From: Azolla caroliniana
Taxonomy: Eukaryota > Plantae > Polypodiophyta
Reading direction: 5' to 3'
DNA: 64,000 nucleotides
NCBI GenBank assembly: GCA_043228905.1
Contig: JBHGNT010000018.1
Span: forward strand, 16,678,001-16,742,000
Below are positions 26,001 through 36,387 of this stretch, piece after piece. Below the pieces are notes generated by a model. That model ran no database searches. It saw only the letters and a list, made by a program, of their open reading frames with translations, and had not been told where the DNA came from. The translations under genes were made by a program, and so were the position numbers. Numbering within the stretch: the first letter of the stretch is position 1; the number at the start of each line of letters is the position of its first letter.

Positions 26001-27510
26001 GAAAAGGAAAGTTGAATGCAATGGTGAGTCATATAAGTTCTCACCTGTCAGGAGCGTTGTCAACCTAATCCATTGTCTAATACCATGTACTTGTGTTGCT
26101 AGCTGATGACGAAATGATATTTGGTGACGGAGATACGAGTTCAAAACCTGATCGTGAAGACGAATTTATCACACTCCCAGGTAAACGTCAAAAGCCAGAC
26201 TTTGAAAACAATGATTTAGCTCATAACAACCCTATTATATTGTTGCTTTTGGTGCATTCTATAGATCATAGCAACACTGTTGAGCACCTAGATGTTGTGG
26301 AGAAGATGACCGAGCCCACCACTTGCAATGGGGTATCTACGGCTGTACAGTATGACCATGTAACATTAGGTAAAAATGTGGCCCAAAACCCTATGTTCAT
26401 TGTTTGCAAACTTTTGAGTATGTGAGTTGATACTAATATTGTTTGGAATCCCATTAATTAGGTTTACAAGAGCAGCCTGAATCGGGAACTTCATGGAGCA
26501 CAAGTGCAGAGTCAGATTCTGGGATTAACCTTTCCACGGAGGCAGATTCTGGAAGCACATCTTCCACACATGAGGATTGTGAGAAAAACGAAGCATTCAT
26601 ATGTGAAGAGCAGCTGGCATGTCCAAACAACAGTATGTCTAAAGAAGCCCATGAGGAGTGTGGAAAGAATATGGCAAGTACTGAAGAGAAGATTGAAGCC
26701 CATGAAGAGTCTGGAAAGAATATGGCAAGTACTGAAGAGAAGATTGAAGCCTATGAAGACTCTGGAAAGAATATGGCAAGTACTGAAGAGAAGATTGAAG
26801 CTCATGAAGAGTGTGGAAAGAATATGGCAAGTACTGAAGAGAAGACTGAAGCCCATGAAGAGTGTGGAAAGAATATGGCAAGTACTGAAGAGCAGACTGA
26901 TTGTACTGATAATGTGTTAGTAGTGTCTACTGATAATGTGCTAGTACTGTCTAAAGATTCTGATGAGGAGTATGGAAAGAACATTGCTAGTAATGAAGAG
27001 GAGCTTGATTGTACTGAGAATGCCCAAATGGATCGTGGAAAGAACATCGCTTTCCCTGAAGATAAGCCTGATTGTACAGAATCACATGAGGAGCCTGATT
27101 GTACAGATAAGCCTGATTGTACACGTAGTCTTAAGAATGAGTTGACAGCCACCGTACAAGAGGAGTTGACCATGACTACTGCCATAGTCCACATACAGGA
27201 GTCTAATAAGAACGAGTGTACAGGCATCATTGATGATGATAGGGGAATAAAGATGAGTGATAATTTGACTATCGACAGCACCTTTGTGGATTTGTGTACA
27301 AGCATTGCAGTTGCAGAAAACACAGTTGCTCTCTCAAGCTTGCCACCAGTACAAGGTGCCCGCGCATCCACGCCTATCTCTGATGCCTCTGATGATGAAG
27401 TGCCACTTAGTCAGCTCATACCTAAAGGCTTTAAGATAAAGAAGAATGTAAAATCTGGCACCAACAACAAGCGCATTACAAGATCGGCCAAGTTACCCTC
27501 TAGTGCCTGA
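23009..27510 (+). CDS. Transposon-borne ~922-aa protein: basic TP-rich N-terminus, unknown domain, coiled coil, RING-H2 finger, acidic 17-aa repeats, basic tail
   Basis: Exons 23009-24033, 24124-24308, 25697-26023, 26103-26180, 26265-26369, 26462-27510; all introns GT-AG and phase-compatible; 2769 nt, no stop. RING-H2 C-x2-C-x15-C-x-H-x2-H-x2-C-x10-C-x2-C in exon 2. Confidence 0.8.
24870..25622 (+). repeat. Degenerate ~50-60-bp tandem array in the 1388-bp intron (24309-25696) of the RING gene
   Basis: Recurring aactaagtgagtagtacattgttcatgattagtactagt...gtaatttggg units. Confidence 0.85.
26644..26898 (+). repeat. Coding minisatellite, 5 x 51 bp (EAHEECGKNMASTEEKI)
   Basis: gaagcc at 26644, 26695 and onward at 51-bp spacing; every unit contains aagtactg. 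Confidence 0.92.
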
Positions 27511-28430
27511 TTTTCTTCCGATTGTACTTGAACTTTAGCTGTTAGTGATGTCTGAAATACCTCTATTTGGATACCAAAATACTGTTTCAATTGCCAATGT
27601 CAAAATTCCACTTCTGTATTTTGTAGAAACAATGGGAATATACTTTTTGATCTAAGTATTCCTCTTTTTACAACGTTTTGTTTCTTTTTTGAGATCATCT
27701 CCTGATGAGTTGCCAAGTCTTTGAGTCTGTTGTAGATAAAATGCTTGAAATTCTTCTTAGCTTGCTAGGAAAATTTAGGTTTTCAGGTGTTAATGATGAT
27801 AAACAGAAAATATCGGGTGTTATTGAAGTATAGACTGTTTCATCAATCCCATTTGGAGGGTAACCAGAATTTGTGCAAATTGTTGAAGCAATGTGGGCCA
27901 TATTTTGATGATATCATCCCAATGGATGAACTATCCACTAACAGTAGTAAGGAAACACTCCCCTTTTTGAGCTATCACAAATTATTGTTTCAGGAGTTGG
28001 ATTATTTTGTTAAGGAATTTGAGGCTTCATTGCACATTTGCTTCTTGAAGAATGAACTTACAGTATAAAATCTTACAATATTAAAGTCATAATTTGAATT
28101 CAACTTACAGATTTATGTGCCTACAGAGGACACACCAACGGCAATGAATCTAGACTTTATCAAGAAGATATACAATATTTTTACTCATTTTACCATGGCT
28201 CTGCAAAACTTCTATGCTCAAATAACATCAGGAAACATGAGCAATATCGGCAATGAAGAAATCCAAGTCTTGTTGACAACAACTAATATATTATGAAAGA
28301 TAAGTACAAGTGGTTGACAGGCATAAACACTTTAGAAGAAAGATGAAATATATCAATTCATTTGTCAATCATCAAAATTAATAGTGAACTCCAAGTATTG
28401 AGAGGGTACAATGTATTGAGAGGGTGACTT

Positions 28431-31400
28431 TCAAGCATTAAATAGAGAGACCTCCCCTAATATGTGCTCATGAACCTCTTGGGGGACCTTGTAGACAGTG
28501 TTGTATCCCTTAACCTTGTGCTTTGCTTGAGTCATATTGAATTTGATCGCAAGAATGGCATCAGCGTAGATTATTGCGATGGGTGCTTCTTTTAGTAATG
28601 CATATGTGTTCTTGCACTGCGGCAACTTTGCATAATAGTTTCCATACACGACAGACTCACCAACGTTGAAATTGTTGCCCCAGCCATCCCTCACCACTTC
28701 TTTCAATAATGTCTTTCCTTGCTTGCACACCACAATGTAGTAGTCTTCTAAATCTTCATTCTGAGGAGATTTGAGCACTGCAAAATGATCTCCAACTTCC
28801 AATAAAACTGCCAAGTCTTGATTTTGGTTGTAGTATACAATATCGTTTGAATGCACATCATCTTCAATATCATCTTGTCGTTCAGGCTCAAGCTTCTGCA
28901 ACTTCCAGGGCTCCACGATTGATAGGTTGATGCATTTATCCCAAGCTTCATCTATACACATGGAACAAAAGCATGATAAACTACGTAGTAACAATTGTGT
29001 TGTGTCCTTGCGGCTAAACCCTAACACACAATGGGTGCTGTGTGTGCCTTTCACGGTTTTACAACCATATGATTTAGTTCTATCGACCTCATCAGCGCGA
29101 ACTTCAACAAACAATCTGTTCTTACCATCATTTGACATCTTCCATGTTAGCCACTGCACAACATCATGTGCATTTTGTAGCTTAGCACCATTATTATCCA
29201 ACTGCTCACTTGTAAGGGCACGTTTGATCACAGCCCCCGCGCCATCATGCTCTCCTTTTCCATGTCCAGACCCGAAGTAATTCCATTGCATACGAATGTT
29301 GAATAAGGAGAAATACCTGCTTTTGTAACTCAGGTTTCCAACAAAATTAGTACTATGTTGTCAATAGAGAGTACTACACTTCCATTAATACTGGCATCCA
29401 TTTAATACTAACTTAGTATGGATATAACTTAGTACTAACTTAGTCTGGTTTATACTATGAGTACAAGATGAGTACTTTACATCCCCTTGTATAGTACAAT
29501 GTGTCTATGGAGAACCCTTCACATGGATTAAAACATAATTAGTACAATTCTCTTAAGGACGGACAATACTATAAGTACAAGATGAGTACTTTACATCCTT
29601 TTGTAAACACAACATAGTACAGAAGCAACACACAACATAGTACAATGTGTCTATGGAGAACCCTTCACATTGATTAGTCGATACTTAGTACAATTCTTAG
29701 TACTAACTTAGTCTGGTTTATACTATGAGTACAAGATGAGTACTTAACATCCTCTTGTATAGTACAATGTGTCTATGGAGAACCCTTCACATGGATTAAA
29801 ACATAATTAGTACAATTCTCTTAAGGACGGACAATACTATAAGTACAAGATGAGTACTTTACATCCTTTTGTAAACACAACATAGTACAGAACCAACACA
29901 CAACATACTACAATGTGTCTATGGAGAACCCTTCACATTGATTAATCGATACTTAGTATGGATATAACTTAGTACTAACTTAGTATGGTTTATACTATGA
30001 GTAGAAGATGAGTACTTTACATCCTCTTGTATAGTACAATGTGTCTATGGAGAACCCTTCACATGGATTAAAACATACTTAGTACAATGCTCTTAAGGAC
30101 GGACAATACTATGAGTACAAGATGAGTACTTTACATCCTCCTGTAAACACAACATAGTACAGATACAACACACAACATAGTACAATGTGTCTATGGAGAA
30201 CCCTTCACATGGATTAAAACATACTTAGTACAATGCTCTTAAGGACGGACAATACTATGAGTACAAGATGAGTACTTTACATCCTCCTGTAAACACAACA
30301 TAGTACAGATACAACACACAACATAGTACAATGTGTCTATGGAGAACCCTTCACATGGATTAAAACATACTTAGTACAATGCTCTTAAGGACGGACAATA
30401 CTATGAGTACAAGATGAGTACTTTACATCCTCCTGTAAACACAACATAGTACAGATACAACACACAACATAGTACAATGTGTCTATGGAGAACCCTTCAC
30501 ATGGATTAAAACATAGTACAAACAAAATTAGTATGCATGCATCCATTCACAAGTGCAAGATTCGAATAGTTACAAACATAATTAGTATGCATCCATGTGA
30601 ATAGTACTGTTTGTTAATAATTACAAACATAATTAGTATGCATGCACTAACACAAGAATTACTTCCTTACACATTGCATGGTAAGTACTAAACATATGGA
30701 TTAAAAATTACCTGGCGATAAAGTAGAACGATCGTGCCGCCTTAAACTGCGAGGCAGCACCATCAGACCAAACCCAATGACGGTTAAAGGTTACCCCTAG
30801 AGAAAATAAATCTGCATGGTGAAGCTTAAAACAATGTTGAACAAATAGTGTATCATGCTTTTTATCATCTGAAATGTAAAATATTGATTTCTTATGTAAC
30901 TCACCGTCTTGCCTCCAATAGCAAATATGCACAAGTATTGTACATTGATCATTGTACCAATGCATTGATTGAACCTCATTCTGAACTTTAAATGTATAGT
31001 TTTCTGCAAAGTCAATAACAGATACGATGACACCCGTTGGTAAGTTATTAATACATTCCTTGAATTGTGAATTTTGCCAATAACTCCGGAAGTTATGTGG
31101 AATGAACTCCCCAAGTTGTTTCTTAAATTCTGAGACAAGGGTAGCAGCACATGTCTCCTTATATACTTCCTTGATACGCTTAGTTACAACTCCCTTGCCA
31201 ATATTTTCAGTCACATACTCTAAATATTTCCATTTCACGATATGACTGTTTCCCAAATCAAGCTCCTGCATACAAAATAATGGTAGCGGACAAACCTTAC
31301 ATGTTCTTAATAGACATGTACGACGATGCCACTCACATGATGGTTCTTTTTCACAAACACAAGACCTCCATAGCTCAGAAACAGATGCATAAGTCATGTT

Positions 31401-32359
31401 TCGTGCATTACACCTATTATCCTCCCCATTTGGTCTACATATCTCACAAGTGCAGACACATAATTCCCCGTGTATACCCTTACAATCAGTACGCATTGCA
31501 TTCACGGCTAGCCTTAACATGTCCATCTTCACATGGTACACACAACAACATGTATTCCTCTCATTTAATTTTCTAACATAAAATGGTTTCAAACCTTGGA
31601 ACTTGCGGAATCCAACAGTCAAGCTTGGATGTTGATCTTTAAAGTTCATGTACAATTCAGCCTACATCAACCAATATATATAGCAAACATTAATATACAG
31701 TTGGTCAAAACACAAAGTTATGGAATGTGAAATGATATAAAAAAATGGAATACCTCTGTCATCTCCAAGAAGTGTCTAGGGTGAATCTGGTACTTACCCT
31801 GACTTATTCGTTGTCTACACACGTCCTTCTTATTTGGTGAGACACGCGTATTTTTGGCCCAAAATGAATCCACTTTCTCAATAATCTCTTGAGATAAGGC
31901 ATCACATCGTCGTCTACGTCCCAACCCCATCCACTTGAATTTGTTTGAGTGTATATTTTGGCGATGTTTCCTCAAGTTCCTTCTTTGAATACCCAGGGCT
32001 AAGGCAACTTTAGTATCACTATATTTTTTTCCTCTCGCACCGTTCACAACCATGTGTAGGGCTGCCCTCTTTGCAGCAAGTTTGTCTAAGCTCTCTACAC
32101 CTTTCACTAAGTCTAGGGATGACTTCATAGACTCTACAATCTCTTCTGAAACACATTGGTCCCTAAATTTTATTCTCTCCATGTCTTCATTCAAACTTTG
32201 ATGGTGTAACACTCTACAGATAATATCCCTACGATCCTCTTCACTAAATCTCTTTGTTATTTCTACCAAATAACGGACTATGTGAAGAACCACTCGTCTC
32301 TTAGTCCTTTCAGATATGCATGAGTTACTTGACAACTCACTCTCGTTAGGAACCCCCAT
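28431..32359 (-). CDS. Sola2-type DDD transposase, ~813 aa from three exons (extra 5' exon possible)
   Basis: Exons 32359-31754, 31661-30712, 29316-28431; GT-AG introns in matching phase, no stops. Motifs ELY..FK..HP...GF.KF..LKP, TCCCVYH, IDFAENY...Q.EVQS.HW, WSDGAASQFK, WNYFGSGHGKGEHDGAGAVIKR, SCFCSMC. Confidence 0.85.
29408..30518. repeat. Higher-order tandem array in the 1395-bp transposase intron (29317-30711)
   Basis: Core gtacaatgtgtctatggagaacccttcacat at 29494, 29640, 29762, 29908, 30034, 30180, 30326, 30472 (spacings 146,122,146,126,146,146,146). Confidence 0.92.
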
Positions 32360-32438
32360 TCGGTCACTAGATTTATCCGCAAAAATTAAGTGGCTTGCAA
32401 AAGTAGTTAATGTTATATAGACTCAACCAAGAAAACAC

Positions 32439-33033
32439 AATCAAATGTTTTTAAATGTGGCCTGCAAAGTGAAAGATATTTCGTTTCAAACATTAGAATT
32501 ACATATCAAATATGACAATTGTCAGTTCTAAAATTTTTGTACTGAAATATGAAGAAATGTAACATTTTAGTACTGAAAATAAAAAAAACGGTTTGGTGAA
32601 AGGAACCTCCAATGGTGGACGGAGCGTTGGATATGCCGCCTCGATTTTGTGGAAGGAACCTCCAATGCCGCCTCGATTTGGTGGAAAAAGCCACAAATCA
32701 CCACGACACCAAATCAAATGTTTTTAAATGTGGCCTGCAAAGTGAAAGATATTTCGTTTCAAACATTAGAATTACATATCAAATATGACAATTGTCAGTT
32801 CTAAAATTTTTGTACTGAAATATGAAGAAATGTAACATTTTAGTACTGAAAATAAAAAAAACGGATGGAAGGAACCTCGAATGGATGGAGGGGGCGTTGG
32901 ATATGCCGCCTCGATTTGGTGGAAGGAACCTCCAATGGTGGACGGAGCGTTGGATATGCCGCCTCGATTTGGCGGAAGGAACCTCCAATGCCGCCTCGAT
33001 TTGGTGGAAAAAGCCACAAATCACCACGACACC
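32439..33033. repeat. 273-bp tandem duplication with internal gccgcctcgatttggtggaaggaacctccaatg sub-repeats, upstream of the transposase ORF
   Basis: aatcaaatgtttttaaatgtggcctgc at 32439 and 32712; second copy has an extra sub-repeat. Confidence 0.88.
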
Positions 33034-33517
33034 AACTTCAATGGATGGATGTAAGAAAGTCGTTGTCGAAGAAGTCACTATTGGCTGCTACCAACAGTCT
33101 CTGTACCTCGACCTAAACCCTAACAAAAACAGAAACCCTAAAAAAATCAGAAATCCTCAACTTAAACGCTCAAAACAGACATGGATGTCTGAGATTTAGA
33201 TTGGAGGAAATCAGAAACTGAACATGGATCTGTGATGAAAAGCTCAGAGGGATAGAGGAAGAGGAGTATGAGGGGAACCGCCAAAACGACGTGAGGGGAA
33301 GCGCCAAAATCGACGTGAGGGGAAAATAGCCCCCAAAATGGAATGAACATCTCCTCACCTGTTCCCCCCACTCCTTCTACAATAAATGACACTTGTACTA
33401 CAGTCACCCCACTCTCCAAAATCGATTTTCTTTTTCTCTGATTTTTTTTTTTTGAATTATTCATACTAACAGTACTAAAAGTACTGACAATTTTTGTGGC
33501 CAAAAACAGTACTTTTC

Positions 33518-33543
33518 TGGTACACCGTAGCGTGCTTCTACCC
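33518..33543 (-). repeat. Right TIR
   Basis: tggtacaccgtagcgtgcttctaccc, followed by ATAT and resumed LTR sequence. Confidence 0.92.
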
Positions 33544-34104
33544 ATATACATATATACATATACAAAGAGGGCAAGTAAAGATTCGAACCTTGCACCTCCA
33601 AGTTAGGAGTCAATTGGCTTACCATTAAGCCATGCCATTTAGTTGAATTTATATTTCTATCATTGTACTTTTATATGTAAATTCTCATACATGAGTGCTA
33701 AAATGAGTGACATGGTTATCATGCACCACATGTAATACATAAGCGCCAAATGGCAAACATGCATTTTATGCATGTCTTGTACCCTCACATGCATCATACG
33801 CATGAGAGCATCTATAAAAGAAGGAAGGGGGAGGAGAAAAAACACGTTTTTTTTTGTTATGAAATTAAGAAGAAGAAATTCGTTATCAAATTGATCGTGT
33901 AACTTGTTTCTTAAATCCAAAGATAAAAGTTCAATCAATCTCTCTCAATTGTTTAATCTCAACTTCTCGCTTTCCCAATCTATCTTAAGTACTTTCTCGC
34001 TAAACTTGCGCCAAAGCTTGTACCGACTTTGAATCCTTCCGGTCCAGAACCCCGGCGGTTCCGCCTCACGATCCGCGCGTAGTGACGGATCTTCACGACA
34101 ACGC

Positions 34105-35345
34105 CGAGCTTTGACTTCTTGGCATGTCAAACAAGGGATGGCATTATAACCTCTCGACACAAGCAAAGCCACTATGAAATCCATACTCATCGCATCCCAT
34201 GATTACGCAAGTAAGTTGGCATGCGTTGTAGTAAGCCAGATGGTTGTCCACGCCGAGCTTTGACTTCTTGGCATGTCAAACAAGGTTGGGCATAGTCTTT
34301 TACATCCAACTTCATATGGGGCAAAGAAAATATCGTCGGATGTTGGTAAGTGTCCAGTGAATACCATCGTGCCCTGCCATCTTACAATCATGTGCTTCCT
34401 GCAAAATCAGTGCCTTAATTTACCTGACATTACATACAAACTACTTACCATGTACCACTAATAAACCTTGTTGCTTGCCAAGTGAGCCATGGGCCGCACA
34501 TTACATTTCAATATCTGAAATCAATTGTTACATGTATCACATTGTTGAGCTGTCTGAATGTCTAGTAGCATAGAGGCATTGGAAATCACCAAAATGATAC
34601 AACCATGAGGCATTCGACTTGAAGGATCCGGCATAATATTAAGCGCTCCACTTTTATGGTTGATGCAAAAATCAAAATTTTCTAGCAAGTCTTGCCAACG
34701 AGCTTGTTTAGGAGACAACTTTGGCTAATAGAAAATACTACAAGGATATATTATCCATGATTACTTTTGTAAATTTATCTTAGACATAATGACGCCATTT
34801 GTGTAAGACAAAGATGATGGCAAGGATTGCTTTCTCATGAGTAGGCCACCTAATTTCAACCTCTATAATTTCTTGACTTCGTACGCAACCGGATGTCCAT
34901 CTTGTATCAAAACTGCACCATACGCCACATCAGATGCATCGGATGGATTTCAAATAATTTAGTAAAATTAGGTAACTCAAGCACTTGTGAACAAACTGCA
35001 TTTTGAGTTTCTTGAAATCGTCTTGTTCTTTTTTTGGGAAAAAAATCTTCTTGGTCTATTGATGTCCATTTAAAACTTGTTTTAGCTTTACTTATGTTAG
35101 TTAAGGGGGTTGCAATTGCACTAAAATACTTGGTGAAGTTACGCACATACTACATGAAACATACAAATTATTGGACTTCCATGGTTTTTGTTGGAATTAG
35201 CCATCTTTTCACTGCATCGACCTTAGCGAAAGCCATGTTTCATTACCCAGAAAACTAAGAAGTCAATATCTTCTTCTACAAATTCACTTTTATTGAGATT
35301 AGCATACAATTTATTTTCTCACAGTATTTGCAACACCTTTCTCAT
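34105..35345 (-). pseudogene. Continuation of the decayed chromovirus pol (integrase N-terminus, RNase H, RT C-terminus)
   Basis: SPKQARWQDLLENFDF, FSAIATPLTN...FKWT, LELPNFTKLFEIH; joins 14840 across the ACGC TSD. Confidence 0.75.
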
Positions 35346-36387
35346 TGTTGCCCACACAAGTAGAGCCAAAGGATTAGAGATCTAGAAGACAGTCCGGAAG
35401 GAGTGTGAATCCGAATACGGGATAATTAGGATAAATAGGAATATTAGTAGATAGGAAGAGTTATTATGTGAGGGGGTTTCGGATCTGGAAGTCTGTACCG
35501 GTCCAAATGGAGTTTGTTTTGTATCAGAACCAGCAACCTATATAAGGAGTCCAGATTGTATAGTTCTTATGTGCAAGTGATATAATATAAGTACTTGGCG
35601 TCTTGTGTACTTGAATGTTTTATCTTACATGTGTATTAATGTTGGTTGTTTATTTGTTATTGTTACCCGGATTGACGGATTGTATACGCGGATTATCTCC
35701 ATACCTCCGACCACACCTTTAGATTGTATTCCGGTATGGAGCACTTACGTGTTTGTGACTAAAATCTAGTCCAGGATAAACACAATTTGGCGACCACGGG
35801 ACCCACATTGACACAACAAGAGGATGGATGTCATCGAGAAGAATTGATGACGCAACAAGTAAACGAGCCGAAAGGGCACGAAGAAGGGACAAGATCGAAG
35901 AAGTGGTAGAAGCAATACGTCGTGATCACGCATTCTCTGCAAGAATTAGGCAGCTTGCCGAAAGAACGCTCCAAAGGGTATTGGCGAAGAAGGGAGCAAT
36001 AACACCGATCTTGCCGACACCGATTCATTATTACAGAACTTGGGAGGACAAGAAACAATATTTTTGGGCTTGGAAGAGAGTAACAATTCCAGGTTGGACG
36101 AAGACACATCCAACGAGCAAAGTAACCGGTAGCGCCAAGATTGGACCACCACAAGACCAGACGAGCAATCCAAAGAAAGCCAAGCACCATCACCATGAGT
36201 ATTAGTGGTGAATAAGGAGGAAGAGTCCTCAATAGTAACATCAGATAAGAACCTAGTTACACCAACCGACAAGAAAGCGGAGTCGGAGAATTCGAATCGA
36301 GAGACAAATTAAATTTTCCGGATAAACGAGGGGGAAGACAATACGTTGTACCCCTACCCGAAGTATAATGAAGAGCTCAACGTAGAG
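35346..36387 (+). mobile_element. Athila/Tat-like Gypsy 5' LTR (~35346-35784), PBS-like tggcgaccac and gag leader
   Basis: TG start at the RT break, tatataagg box, ctagtcca.gataaaca..tttggcgac as at 3690-3730; leader ends in YPYPKY as at ~4595. Confidence 0.65.

Larger units (their letters stand above)
21362..33543. mobile_element. 12,182-bp cut-and-paste DNA transposon, Sola2-like, with two genes
   Basis: 26-bp TIRs gggtcgaagcatgctacggtgtacca / tggtacaccgtagcgtgcttctaccc (2 mismatches); 4-bp TSD ATAT (21358-21361, 33544-33547) verified against the empty 5' LTR at 15361-15400; GRG...CYC termini; DDD transposase inside. Confidence 0.92.
14841..34100 (+). mobile_element. Ty3/Gypsy LTR retrotransposon with both LTRs, 4-bp TSD ACGC and tRNA-Trp PBS; 3' LTR interrupted by a DNA transposon
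   Basis: 5' LTR 14841-15939; 3' LTR 20715-21361 plus 33544-34100. 12-bp inverted ends tgtcgtgaagat/atcttcacgaca; ACGC at 14837-14840 and 34101-34104; empty-site copy gtccacgccgagc at ~34246. Confidence 0.95.

Noticed and set aside
27695-28068. Short ORFs between the two convergent transposon genes
   Set aside because: No recognisable motif or splice support; likely 3' UTR region
29408-30518. Regularly spaced ~31-bp repeat resembling a CRISPR array
   Set aside because: Intervening sequences are themselves repeated rather than unique spacers; eukaryotic intron and no cas genes
28431-32359. Classification as CACTA, hAT, Mutator, PIF/Harbinger or piggyBac
   Set aside because: GGG...CCC ends and the 4-bp ATAT TSD do not fit those superfamilies (3, 8, 9-11, 3 bp or TTAA), and the motifs fit Sola2 better
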